Virus record (IMG/VR): IMGVR_UViG_3300011442_000017
Coordinates: 1-39,269 of that record
Source of the DNA: a virus
Lineage: Duplodnaviria; Caudoviricetes
Reading direction: 5' to 3' (one strand)
DNA length: 39,269 nt
Shown here in pieces: positions 23,364-32,559 of the stretch. Position 1 is the first letter of the stretch. Each line of letters begins with the position of its first letter. The notes below the pieces were generated by a model that was not told where the DNA came from, ran no database searches, and saw only the letters and a program-made list of their open reading frames with translations. A program made the translations under genes and the position numbers.

Positions 23364-24489
23364 CGAGGACACTCGCACCCCCGAGGCCAAGCCCGGCGAG
23401 CCAAAAGCCGACAGCCTCGAAGCCGCAGCCGCATCTTTCCGAAGCAAGCTCTTCTCTCCCCCCGTGGGAACAAAGAAGACACCCGGAGAGGATTCACCGA
23501 AGCCGAAAGGCACGCCCACGCCCAAGGTCGAAGCGACCGAGGACGAGGAGCCCGAAGTCATCGAGGACGAAGAGTCCGACGAGACCGAGGAGCCCGAGGC
23601 CGAGGAGACCGACGAGACGCCCGAGCAGGAAGAGACGGACGTCGAGCCGGAGTCCGAGGACGAAGCACCCGAAGAGGACGAGACCGAGGAGACCGAACCT
23701 CCCCGCTCGCGAAAGGTCAAACTTTCCGACGGCACCGAGGAAGACGTCACCGAGGACGAGGCCTACCAGGGCTACCTTCGCACGAAGGACTACACTCGCA
23801 AGACCCAGCAGGCAGCCGAGGCGCGGAAACGCGCGGAGGCCGTCGAGTTGGAGGCGAGTGCGAAGCGCGCCGAATACGCCGAGCACTTGGAGAAGGTGAA
23901 GCAGGCGATGGACCGATTGGTTCCCAAGGAACCGATCTGGGCAGAGCTTCGCAAGACGCTCACGCCCGAGCAATTCGCCGACACCCTCGCCGACTGGCAG
24001 GCGTTCAAGAAAAACCGCGACGAAGTCGAGACAGAACAGACTCGCGTCGCCGGTGAGCAGGCCAAGAAATTCACCGAGGACTACGAGAAGTATCGGAAGG
24101 CCGAAGTCGAGGCCCTTCTGGCCGCTGTTCCCGAATGGGTCGATAGGGACCTGGGAGCACGCGAAGCGGGTGAGATGGCGAAATATGCCATGTCGCTCGG
24201 CTACACCCAGGAGGAAGTCGATCACGCTGTCGATCATCGCATGCTCCTCATGCTTCGCAAGGCCATGCTCTGGGACAAGGCGAACACGGTTGGTGCTGGG
24301 AAGGTCAAGCCCAAGGTCAAGCCCGCAGTCAAGGGCAAGATTGGGACGGCCGGTCCCGGCGGCAAAGTCTCCAAGCCGACGCCGAAGTCCGAAGTCGCGC
24401 GCGCAAAGGAATCTCTCCGAAAAGATGGCAGCCTCGATGCTGCCGCTGGTGTTTTCTCACATCTGCTCAAGCGGCAACCCCGCCGGTAG
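23359..24489 (+). CDS. capsid scaffolding protein
   Basis: Acidic N-terminus, GYLRTKDYTRKTQ, VPEW, DHRMLLMLRKAMLWD, C-terminal SLRKDGSLDAAA; directly upstream of the capsid gene. Confidence 0.85.
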   Translation: MSEDTRTPEAKPGEPKADSLEAAAASFRSKLFSPPVGTKKTPGEDSPKPKGTPTPKVEATEDEEPEVIEDEESDETEEPEAEETDETPEQEETDVEPESEDEAPEEDETEETEPPRSRKVKLSDGTEEDVTEDEAYQGYLRTKDYTRKTQQAAEARKRAEAVELEASAKRAEYAEHLEKVKQAMDRLVPKEPIWAELRKTLTPEQFADTLADWQAFKKNRDEVETEQTRVAGEQAKKFTEDYEKYRKAEVEALLAAVPEWVDRDLGAREAGEMAKYAMSLGYTQEEVDHAVDHRMLLMLRKAMLWDKANTVGAGKVKPKVKPAVKGKIGTAGPGGKVSKPTPKSEVARAKESLRKDGSLDAAAGVFSHLLKRQPRR

Positions 24490-24524
24490 CAGTCCCAACG
24501 AGTGGGAGAGAGTAGACCTTTCCA

Positions 24525-25490
24525 ATGTCGAAATTCGCCGGTACCTACACTCAGTACGAGACCGTAGGTATCAAAGAGGACGTCTCCGAGGACATCTACA
24601 ACATTTCCCCGAAGACGACTCCGTTCATGTCGAACGCGGGCAAGGCTGACGCCTCGCAGTCGCTGTTCGAGTGGCAGATCGACGAGTTGGACGCCCCGGA
24701 CACCGGGAACGCGCAACTCGAAGGTGACGACATCGACGAGGTGGATACGTCCACCCCGACGTCGCGCATCGGCAACTACTGCCAGATCAGCCGCAAGACC
24801 GCTGGTGTGTCGGGCTCGAACGAAGCGGCCGAGAAGTACGGCCGTGGTAGCGACCTCGCGTACAACATGGCGAAGAAGTCCGCCGAGTTGAAGCGGGATG
24901 TCGAGAGCATCCTGCTCACCAACCAGGGCGCGAGCGCAGGCGTGGACGATGTCAGCCCGCGCAAGACTGCCTCGATCCTGGCGTTCATCAAGACCAACGT
25001 CAACAAAGCCTCCAACGGCGCGAACCCGATCTATACGAACATCCCGACCAGCGCCCGGACCGACGGTACCCCGCGTACCTTCACCGAGCTTCTGCTTCAG
25101 GACGCGATGCTGCAGTCGTACAACAGCGGCGCGGAACCGACGACCCTGATGGTGGGGCCGTTCAACAAGCAGGCGGTCTCGCAGTTCGACGGCATCGCGA
25201 CGAAGACCATCGAGCAGTCGGCAGTCAAGCCTGCGGCCATCATCGGCGCAGCCGACTTCTACGTCTCCGACTTCGGCACGCTGTCTGTGGTGCCCAACCG
25301 CTTCCAGCGGGGTCGTGACGCGCTGTTGCTCGACTGGAATTTCGTGTCGGTCGCGTACTTCCGGCCCTTCTTCACGGAGCCCCTCTCCAAGACGGGCGAC
25401 GCCGAGAAGCGCATGTTGCTGGGCGAGTACGGCCTCAAGATTCACAACGAGGCAGCCCTGGCCCTCATCGCGGACCTCAACGTCGCGTAA
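24525..25490 (+). CDS. major capsid protein (DUF5309/SU10-like)
   Basis: EDVSEDIYNISPKTTPF, FEWQID, NYCQISRK, ELKRDVE, YVSDFG, KTGDAEKRMLLGEYGL. Confidence 0.92.
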   Translation: MSKFAGTYTQYETVGIKEDVSEDIYNISPKTTPFMSNAGKADASQSLFEWQIDELDAPDTGNAQLEGDDIDEVDTSTPTSRIGNYCQISRKTAGVSGSNEAAEKYGRGSDLAYNMAKKSAELKRDVESILLTNQGASAGVDDVSPRKTASILAFIKTNVNKASNGANPIYTNIPTSARTDGTPRTFTELLLQDAMLQSYNSGAEPTTLMVGPFNKQAVSQFDGIATKTIEQSAVKPAAIIGAADFYVSDFGTLSVVPNRFQRGRDALLLDWNFVSVAYFRPFFTEPLSKTGDAEKRMLLGEYGLKIHNEAALALIADLNVA

Positions 25491-25499
25491 CCTGAGCTA

Positions 25500-25527
25500 G
25501 TGGGCCTGCGCGCGAGCGCAGGTCCAC
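25500..25527 (+). terminator. hairpin after the capsid gene
   Basis: GTGGGCCTGCGC-GCGA-GCGCAGGTCCAC, 12-bp stem with a GNRA loop; weak U tail. Confidence 0.55.
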
Positions 25528-25557
25528 AGCTTGTTCGCTCAGAAAGGAGCGCACAAC

Positions 25558-25767
25558 ATGGCAGCCACACAGCAGCCCGGCGTCGTTGTCACGTTCATCG
25601 CCGATCAGGACACCGGCGTGACCGAGGCAGGCGTCGTCATCGGCAACCCAAGCTCCACGGAAGTCCTCGTGGCGTATGACTTCTCTCTTCCCAGCCAGGG
25701 CCAACTCGCCCACTGCAAAGAGGCCGTCACGGATGCCGCCTCAACCGTCTCGAACCTCGTAGACTAA
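25558..25767 (+). CDS. small hypothetical protein (possible capsid-associated)
   Basis: AAGGAG SD; follows the capsid gene. Confidence 0.65.
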   Translation: MAATQQPGVVVTFIADQDTGVTEAGVVIGNPSSTEVLVAYDFSLPSQGQLAHCKEAVTDAASTVSNLVD

Positions 25768-25777
25768 TCAACCCGGC

Positions 25778-25801
25778 CGGAGCGGCACACGCCGCTCCGG
25801 T
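25778..25801 (+). terminator. hairpin
   Basis: CCGGAGCGGC-ACAC-GCCGCTCCGG. Confidence 0.45.
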
Positions 25802-25826
25802 CCAGGTTGTTCAGGGAAAGGGCGGC

Positions 25827-26390
25827 ATGAGCAAGGTATCGTGGGGCGTTGTCGTCGCAGCCGTAGTGCTCGTGTTGGTCGCGAGCAAGTTTGCCAGCGT
25901 GTTCTACCGCCGAGCCGAGGCCTTCGAGGAGAAGGCACGCATCGCGCTCGGACACGAACACGTCGCGCAGGTCCTCGTGGACCTCGCAAACGACCGAGTC
26001 AAGGTGTTGGAAGGCCGATTGGCCTCGCAGCACTCACAAACCGACAGCGCGGAGCGCGCCGTCGTGGTCGTAGACTCCATCTCACCCCCCGACACGTCCT
26101 GCGCGCCGAACATCGCCGCACGCGACGACGTCATTCGCTCCAAAACAGGAGAAATCGCGACGCTTCACGGCATCGTTGATGCCCAAGCCGAGTCGATCAA
26201 CCTCCTTCAGGCGTCGAAAGACGATCTGAAGCGAGCGTTGGAGGCCCGACCGAAGCTCTACCCTCGCGTCGTCGGTCCCTCTATCGGGCTCGGCGTCGGT
26301 GTGGGTGTTGTCGGCCTGCGCCCGGACGGAAAACCGGCGCTCGGGGCGATCATCGGGGTCACGTTCAACTTCTTTTCGTTGAGGTTCTAA
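25827..26390 (+). CDS. spanin-like protein (N-terminal TM, coiled coil, C-terminal Gly-rich beta hairpin)
   Basis: WGVVVAAVVLVLVAS TM; coiled coil; GPSIGLGVGVGVVG...GAIIGVTFNFFSLRF ending in Phe. Confidence 0.55.
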   Translation: MSKVSWGVVVAAVVLVLVASKFASVFYRRAEAFEEKARIALGHEHVAQVLVDLANDRVKVLEGRLASQHSQTDSAERAVVVVDSISPPDTSCAPNIAARDDVIRSKTGEIATLHGIVDAQAESINLLQASKDDLKRALEARPKLYPRVVGPSIGLGVGVGVVGLRPDGKPALGAIIGVTFNFFSLRF

Positions 26391-26701
26391 TGTCCGGCAT
26401 CCTCTTCGAGCACGATGCGCTCACGCGCACGATCCAGAAGTTTCATTGGGACCCAATCACCGAACGATTCACGATCACGGACGAGCAGGAAGTCCAAGAC
26501 CTGATGGACATGAATACGGCGCTGCGGAATTCTACTGCCTCGCCGAACCGTTCGAGCGGAATGCGTCGCGTCGCGAGCGTCCCGCTGAACATCTACATGG
26601 AGTTGAAGCAGCGGGGCATCCTGCAGGACGCGAAAAAGCTGCGCGCATGGCTGAACGATCCCGATAACCGGGCGTGGCGCACCAACACGATGAAGGTCTA
26701 G
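26390..26701 (+). CDS. conserved phage head-region protein
   Basis: QEVQDLMDMN...RRVASVP...WLNDPDNRAWRT motif, typical downstream of SU10-like capsid genes. Confidence 0.75.
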   Translation: MSGILFEHDALTRTIQKFHWDPITERFTITDEQEVQDLMDMNTALRNSTASPNRSSGMRRVASVPLNIYMELKQRGILQDAKKLRAWLNDPDNRAWRTNTMKV

Positions 26702-26710
26702 GAGGCTTCC

Positions 26711-27421
26711 ATGAGTGGGGAGCAAGAAACGAAGCCGCACGCGGTCGTCGCGGTGTGCATTCCGGCGGGGGACCAACTCGCCACGTACTTCGCATACGAT
26801 CTGGCGCGAATGATGGCCTGGACGTCGCTCAACTGTCCCGAGACCATCGACCTGAAGCTCATTATCGCGACCGGGTCGCTGATCCCCCGGCAGCGAGAGA
26901 CACTGATCGACACGGCGCTCAAGATCGAGGGCATCACCCACATTCTGTTCCTCGATTCGGACATGCGGTTCCCGAAGAACCTGCTCCCGCGCCTGTTGAC
27001 GCGCGATGTTCCGGCGATCTGCGCGAGCTACACCGAGCGAAGCGAGCCCTTCCGGCCCGTCTCGTTCGCCGACAGCAAGGACTACAGCAAGCGCGTGTGG
27101 ACCCGGCCGGAAGACACCGGCACCGTCCGCATCGCGGCCTGCGGATTTGGTCTGCTGCTGCTGCAGACGGACATGGTGAGAAAGATGAAGAAGCCCCGCT
27201 TCCTCGTCGGCTACCTGCCGACGGGCGAAGGCACCCACATGGGCGAGGACATCTACTTCTTCATGAAGATGGAGGCGATGGGCGTGCCGCTGCTCCTCGA
27301 TCACGACGTGACGAAGGAAGTCCGGCACATCGGGCGGTTCGAGTACTCCCCATCCCACGCGCTGGAATATCTGGCGCAGCATCCTGAGTTGGACGATACG
27401 CCGAAAATCATAAGGGTATAG
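26711..27421 (+). CDS. glycosyltransferase family 2-like (GT-A)
   Basis: VAVCIP, HILFLDSDMRF (DxD), ACGFGLLL, GEDIYF, HIG. Confidence 0.8.
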   Translation: MSGEQETKPHAVVAVCIPAGDQLATYFAYDLARMMAWTSLNCPETIDLKLIIATGSLIPRQRETLIDTALKIEGITHILFLDSDMRFPKNLLPRLLTRDVPAICASYTERSEPFRPVSFADSKDYSKRVWTRPEDTGTVRIAACGFGLLLLQTDMVRKMKKPRFLVGYLPTGEGTHMGEDIYFFMKMEAMGVPLLLDHDVTKEVRHIGRFEYSPSHALEYLAQHPELDDTPKIIRV

Positions 27422-27423
27422 GA

Positions 27424-28134
27424 ATGGCCTTCGATTCGTACAACGGGCTGATTGCTGAAGTCCTCGCGATGCTGAATCGTGAGGGCGAGGCAGACCTTGA
27501 GGCCCAGGCTCCGACGTGGATTGCCCTCTGCGAAGCCGTCATCCGGCGTCAGCAGCAGTGGTTCCGCCAGTTTTACTCGCTGGCGAACAGCGGCGCGCCG
27601 CTCGATGTCACCGCCTACCCGATGGAGTTGCCCAACTACGTGCGCGACGTGCACGCGCTGTGGAACAGCACGGCCGCTGCCCACGGCGAAATCGAAATCC
27701 TCACCCCATCCGCGTGGCGCGACTTCGTGTCGGCCAACAGCGCGCTCGGGAATGTGCCGCGCAAAGGCATCATCGTCCCGCAGATGGATTCGTGGCTCGT
27801 GGACCCGGACGGTGCGGGCGGCGTCGCGAAGACCGGGCCGAAGCTGTACCTCTGGCCGCAGCCGCCGGTCGATGGGTCCGTCAAGATCGACTTCGAGTTT
27901 ACCCGCGACATCGCGCCGCTCGATGCGAACACGGTGAACGGGCTCTTCATCCGGCATCCCGACCTGTACTTCTACGGCACGCTCATTGAGAGCGCCCCGT
28001 TCCTGCAGCATGACGAACGGCTGGCCCTGTGGCAGAGCCGCTTCGATCAGGCAATGCGCGAAATCAACGTGGAACGCGAGCGCGCACAAGCCGCCGCGAG
28101 TCGGAAGCGTCCACAGCTTCCCAGGCAGTTTTAA
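27424..28134 (+). CDS. head-to-tail adaptor / tail tubular protein A-like
   Basis: YNGLIAEVLAMLNR, IALCEAVIRR, LYLWPQP, HPDLYFYGTLIESAPFLQHDER. Confidence 0.8.
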   Translation: MAFDSYNGLIAEVLAMLNREGEADLEAQAPTWIALCEAVIRRQQQWFRQFYSLANSGAPLDVTAYPMELPNYVRDVHALWNSTAAAHGEIEILTPSAWRDFVSANSALGNVPRKGIIVPQMDSWLVDPDGAGGVAKTGPKLYLWPQPPVDGSVKIDFEFTRDIAPLDANTVNGLFIRHPDLYFYGTLIESAPFLQHDERLALWQSRFDQAMREINVERERAQAAASRKRPQLPRQF

Positions 28135-28143
28135 GGAGAACGC

Positions 28144-29166
28144 ATGTCGGACACCCTGACAGACATCTACGGTTTCGTGAAGCCCGAGGTGGGCGGAAGC
28201 TCCGGCACCTGGGGCACGAAGCTAAACGAGGACGGCCTCGATGCCCTCGACGATCTGATTGCGCGCCCGCGCGTACAGCGCGTTGAGCCCGCCGTCGGCG
28301 GCACGACCGTCATCGACATCTCAGCCGGAACCGTCGCCAAGTTTACGGTAGACGAGGCGACCGTCGTCAGCTTCGTTGGGTGGCACGCAGACACCGCCAC
28401 CCTCGACGCCGCGCAACGCTCCTGGCTCGTCATCACCAACGGCGCAGCCTTCGCGACAACGTGGTCCGGCGTGACCTGGGTTTCCGGCGTAGCGCCGACC
28501 CTCAAGGCGGCCGGTGTAGACGTCGTCGAGGTGTTCACGGTGGACAACGGCACGACGGTGTACGGCGTCCATCACGGCAACATCGACAACGCGGTCATCG
28601 TTGCGGCGATGCTGGCTTCGGACGCTGTCACCACGGCAAAGATTCTTGATGCCAACGTCACTACGGCGAAGCTCGCCGACGCGGCCGTCACGGCCGCCAA
28701 GATGGACCCGGCCTCCTATCCCCGGCGTTGCAGGTTGATTCTCAACGTCGCCGGGGTGCTTCCCGCGAACGTCGATACGACGCTCGTGTGGACCGGGCCG
28801 GTCGAGTCCTACAATATCGGAACCTTCATCACCTCCACCGGGGGCATCAAGGTCCCGGTTGACAGCACGGGGCTCCTGGTCCTGACGGCGCAGCTTGCGC
28901 TCTCCCTGACCGGCGATCCTTCGAGCGACAACGACACGAAGATTCGTCTCTGGATTGAGGACGGCTCGGGCAACCTACTCGGGGAAGCCTGGTTTGGGAA
29001 TGACGCGCAGAACGGATCGTTCCCCGGACAGCGGTGTCAGGTCACGGCGTACATCAATGATCCCGATGATACGGTCGTCTATCGCGTGAAGGCGCGCTCT
29101 CACGCGGGCGCGGGCGGGCCTGCGATCCTTGCGAACAAGACGTGGTTCACGGCGGTGCTCTTTTAA
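28144..29166 (+). CDS. tail fibre / tail spike
   Basis: [17 protein letters not shown]-terminal attachment motif; [14 protein letters not shown]; (D/A)AVTTAK(I/L) repeats; C-terminal C1q-like beta domain. Confidence 0.8.
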   Translation: MSDTLTDIYGFVKPEVGGSSGTWGTKLNEDGLDALDDLIARPRVQRVEPAVGGTTVIDISAGTVAKFTVDEATVVSFVGWHADTATLDAAQRSWLVITNGAAFATTWSGVTWVSGVAPTLKAAGVDVVEVFTVDNGTTVYGVHHGNIDNAVIVAAMLASDAVTTAKILDANVTTAKLADAAVTAAKMDPASYPRRCRLILNVAGVLPANVDTTLVWTGPVESYNIGTFITSTGGIKVPVDSTGLLVLTAQLALSLTGDPSSDNDTKIRLWIEDGSGNLLGEAWFGNDAQNGSFPGQRCQVTAYINDPDDTVVYRVKARSHAGAGGPAILANKTWFTAVLF

Positions 29167-29167
29167 T

Positions 29168-29437
29168 ATGACCTGGACCCACGCTGTCATTACGAAGCTC
29201 GGACAGACCAAGTCGGTCATCGGGGCCATCATCCTTATCGGTGGCGTCATCGTGAGCGCGCTCGGCATCTCGAAGGTGCCCGCGCAGCAACGGGCCATCG
29301 CCGAGACACTCGACGCGCATAACAAGCAATCCCATGACCAGACCGACGAGACGAACCAGAAGCTCGATGTCTTGATCTGCCTACAGGCGAAGCTCGATAC
29401 ACCAATCCGGTGCGTCGCGCGCGAGAAAAACCACTAA
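29168..29437 (+). CDS. single-TM lysis-region protein (holin/antiholin-like)
   Basis: TM VIGAIILIGGVIVSALGI, coiled coil, two Cys near the C-terminus. Confidence 0.55.
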   Translation: MTWTHAVITKLGQTKSVIGAIILIGGVIVSALGISKVPAQQRAIAETLDAHNKQSHDQTDETNQKLDVLICLQAKLDTPIRCVAREKNH

Positions 29438-29520
29438 GACGTGCTGGGCGGTCAGCGGACGTTTGAGGAACCCCACTCACCTCTTCGAGACCGCGCGTCC
29501 AGCCAGCTTCAAGGAGTGGA

Positions 29521-29820
29521 ATGAGAAACGACACACTGAGGGAATTGCTTGGGCTCGACAACCACTACAAAATGGTGGCGACGGTCTCCTGGCTCGGCGG
29601 ACTCGGCTGGTTTGCGTACTTCGTCTCCGTCAAGGCCCCGTGGACCTTTCTGCTCGCGTGGGGCTCGCTCTCAATGGCGCTGCCCTATGGCCTGAAGGGC
29701 ATCACCGCATGGTTGAACCGGCGCGGTGTCGAGGCGGAAGTCGGCGCGATCAAGGACGAGGCGAAGGCGATCCTCGAACGGCGCGCTCTGGTCGGTGGGG
29801 ACTATGAGCCGACGGACTGA
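29521..29820 (+). CDS. putative holin (2 TM)
   Basis: Two hydrophobic segments, charged C-terminus, immediately upstream of the endolysin. Confidence 0.6.
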   Translation: MRNDTLRELLGLDNHYKMVATVSWLGGLGWFAYFVSVKAPWTFLLAWGSLSMALPYGLKGITAWLNRRGVEAEVGAIKDEAKAILERRALVGGDYEPTD

Positions 29821-30283
29821 TGCCCTCGTAGCCGAGGCGAAGCGATATCTCGGCATCGTCGAGGTACCGAAGAACAGCAATCGCGGAGTCTGCATCGACT
29901 ACTGGATTCGCGAGACCGGGCTCGACCCGGCCGGAGCGTATCCCTGGTGTGCGGCCTTCGTCAGTCAGATAGGTCGCCAGTCGGAGGGCAACCTCTGGCC
30001 GTGCCCCCGGACTGCCAGCGTTGCAACATTGGCGGCCTGGGCGAGTGCTCGACCGGGAGTCCTGCAGGCTAACCCGGCCGTTGGTGACCTGTTCATTCTA
30101 CGGTCTGAAGAATTGAAGCGATATGCCCATGTCGGCATCGTCACCAAGGTGACGGGGGACAGCTTCGAGACCATCGAGGGGAACACCAATGGCGGGGGGT
30201 CACGAGAAGGCTTTGGCGTTTTTGCTCGTGTGCGTCGCGTTACGGGAGCTATTCGGTTCATCCGCTGGGAGGCGGCGCAATGA
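29804..30283 (+). CDS. CHAP-domain endolysin
   Basis: YLGIVE..NSNRG, PWCAAFVS, GDLFI, HVGIV, TIEGNT. Confidence 0.88.
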   Translation: MSRRTDALVAEAKRYLGIVEVPKNSNRGVCIDYWIRETGLDPAGAYPWCAAFVSQIGRQSEGNLWPCPRTASVATLAAWASARPGVLQANPAVGDLFILRSEELKRYAHVGIVTKVTGDSFETIEGNTNGGGSREGFGVFARVRRVTGAIRFIRWEAAQ

Positions 30284-31788
30284 TCGAGAGGACCTTGAGT
30301 CTGCGCCTCAAGCCCGGTGTCTACCGAAACGGGACGAGGTATCAGGCGAAGAACCGCTGGTATGACGCGAATGGCGTCCGCTGGTACGAGGGGATCATGG
30401 GTCCCATCGGCGGCTGGCGCAACGTCGTGAACGTCAGTGCCACTGCGCTGCAGGTCACCGGCAAGCCTCGCGCGGCCTACGGATGGCGGGCGAACGATGC
30501 CGTGTCACACCTCGGCATCGGGACGCACTCGAAACTGTGGCTCTATACCGACGCGACGCTCGAAGATGTCACCCCGTCCGACTTCCCTGGTACGGTAGAC
30601 GACTTCGTGGATGGCGCGTTCGTCGCAGGCAACTACGGTTCCGGCGGCTATGGCGAGGGATATTACGGTACGGGCTCGGGCGCTCTCACGCTCGTCGCTC
30701 CGAGTACCTGGACCCTCGACAACTTCGGGGAGCTTCTCGTCGCCTGTCACACACTCGACGGCCGACTGCTCATGGTCGATCCGGGTGGAGGTGATGCGAC
30801 GGAGGTTGATGCGACGGCTCCGGTGTCAAACACCGCCGTCGTGGTCACCCCCGAACACTTCATCGTGGCGCTCGGTGCGGACGGCAATGCTCGACGTGTG
30901 AAGTGGCCCGACCAGGAGTCGCTATCGGATTGGGCCATCACGACTGAGAATCAGGCGAACGAATTCGATCTGCCGACGCGCGGTCGAATTGTCTGTGGAC
31001 GGCGCACCCGTCGCCAGACGATCCTCTGGACCGACGTCGATGTATTCGCGATGACCTACACCGGCGGCATTGACATCTATGCCTTCGAGCAACTCGGTGA
31101 CAACTGCGGCATCATCGGTCCGCAGGCATGTGCGGTGCTTGGCGACCGGATGTTCTGGATGTCCTACGGCAAGTTTTTCGAGTACGACGGCGCACTGAAA
31201 CCCATTGTGTGCGACGTCCTCGATGAAGTCTTTGGGTCGCTCGATCAATCGCAGCGTGCGAAGATTCAGTGCATCCCGATGACGTTGTTCAATGAAGTCT
31301 GGTGGACCTATCCGGTGAAATCAGGAATCGGGTACGAATGCCAACGCTTCGTCGGCTACAACTACGAGGAGAAGCATTGGATCATGGGTGAGCTACCGCG
31401 CGGGGCTGGAATCGACCGAGGCGTGTACGAATATCCGGTCCTGATCGACCCTGACGGCTTTTTGTGGGAGCACGAGATTGGCGGAAATAGGACCGGCATG
31501 CAGGCGTTCGCCGAGACCGGCCCACTTGAGTTGGGCGACGGCGATCAGTTGATGCGTGTGCAGCAATACATCCCAGACGAGAAGACCCTCGGCGACGTGA
31601 CGATGACACTCTTCGGAGCGAATGACCCAACATCGGTCGAGAAACAGATTGGTCCCTTCACCGCGTCCCAACCCACCCCGACGCGGCTGACGGCACGGCA
31701 GGTTCGCTTCCGGGTGGACGAAGTCACGGCAACGGACTGGCGCGTGGGCGTTCCGAAGCTCGGTGTTATCCCCGCAGGGAATCGGTAA
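30280..31788 (+). CDS. tail protein (P22 gp10-like DNA stabilization / tail tubular protein B)
   Basis: LKPGVYRNGTRYQAKNRWYDANGVRW, WTLDNFGE, VKWPDQE, NCGIIGP, FNEVWWTYP, ETGPLELGDGD. Confidence 0.8.
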   Translation: MIERTLSLRLKPGVYRNGTRYQAKNRWYDANGVRWYEGIMGPIGGWRNVVNVSATALQVTGKPRAAYGWRANDAVSHLGIGTHSKLWLYTDATLEDVTPSDFPGTVDDFVDGAFVAGNYGSGGYGEGYYGTGSGALTLVAPSTWTLDNFGELLVACHTLDGRLLMVDPGGGDATEVDATAPVSNTAVVVTPEHFIVALGADGNARRVKWPDQESLSDWAITTENQANEFDLPTRGRIVCGRRTRRQTILWTDVDVFAMTYTGGIDIYAFEQLGDNCGIIGPQACAVLGDRMFWMSYGKFFEYDGALKPIVCDVLDEVFGSLDQSQRAKIQCIPMTLFNEVWWTYPVKSGIGYECQRFVGYNYEEKHWIMGELPRGAGIDRGVYEYPVLIDPDGFLWEHEIGGNRTGMQAFAETGPLELGDGDQLMRVQQYIPDEKTLGDVTMTLFGANDPTSVEKQIGPFTASQPTPTRLTARQVRFRVDEVTATDWRVGVPKLGVIPAGNR

Positions 31789-31797
31789 GGAGAAGAC

Positions 31798-32559
31798 ATG
31801 GTTGCGCCTCTAGTCATGGCAGGTATCGGCGCGGGATTCGGCGCGCTCAAGTCGATCTTTGGGAGCAACAAGCCCCAGGAGACTCGGCAGAGCATCGACC
31901 CCGAGTCGCAGGACTACATCCGCAACATGCGGGCGATGTCCCAGATGTATGCGGGGCGGCCGATGCCGGGGCTCGATCCCTCGTTCCTCGCAGCCTTGCA
32001 GGGCATGGGCGGATACGCACAGGCGGGCCAGACCGGCCTCAATGCGATGACCGACCCGACCCAGGCGGCGCTCTTCATGAATCCGTTCAATGCTGCGATG
32101 AATCCGATGTTTGACCGGATGCGCGCATCCTCGATGAACATGTTCAACAAGAACGCCACCGCGCAGAACGCCTTCGGGGCTCGCCGGAATCTTGGGCAAG
32201 GGGCGGCGCTCGCGGACGTCAACCAGCAGCAGGGGGCCTTCAACTATCAGGGCTTCAATGATGCGATGGCGCGTGCGATGCAATTGGCGAACATGGGCAT
32301 GGGCGCGAACCAGTGGCTCGGGCAGGCCGGTCAGTACCAAACGGAACGCCAGCGCAACTACGACATGGGTTCACTCGGCATGCTGCAGCAGGGTTACGGC
32401 ACGCCGCTCTACACGACCAACCAGACGCCGAACGACAAGGGCGATCTATTCTCCAACATGCTCGGGGGCGCGATGACCTTTGCCAGCTTTGGCGGTGGAC
32501 GACCGGGAGCAACCGCTCCCGCCGTGCGCGGCCCGTATGACGTGCCGGGACAGTCCTAA
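31798..32559 (+). CDS. probable DNA ejection/pilot protein
   Basis: Gly/Gln/Met/Ala-rich, NAFGARR motif, hydrophobic N-terminus; position after the gp10-like gene. Confidence 0.7.
   Translation: MVAPLVMAGIGAGFGALKSIFGSNKPQETRQSIDPESQDYIRNMRAMSQMYAGRPMPGLDPSFLAALQGMGGYAQAGQTGLNAMTDPTQAALFMNPFNAAMNPMFDRMRASSMNMFNKNATAQNAFGARRNLGQGAALADVNQQQGAFNYQGFNDAMARAMQLANMGMGANQWLGQAGQYQTERQRNYDMGSLGMLQQGYGTPLYTTNQTPNDKGDLFSNMLGGAMTFASFGGGRPGATAPAVRGPYDVPGQS

Noticed and set aside
23530-23700. Repetitive GAG/GAC/ACC-rich tract
   Set aside because: It encodes the acidic low-complexity linker of the scaffold protein and is not an independent repeat element.
25891-26073. Overlapping +1-frame ORF with LPAC as a possible Rz1 lipoprotein
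   Set aside because: An in-frame TAG lies a few codons upstream and there is no hydrophobic signal peptide before the Cys.
28590-28710. Short tandem repeats in the tail fibre (AVTTAK)
   Set aside because: A common fibre-shaft repeat; no reverse transcriptase or template/variable repeat pair, so not a diversity-generating retroelement.
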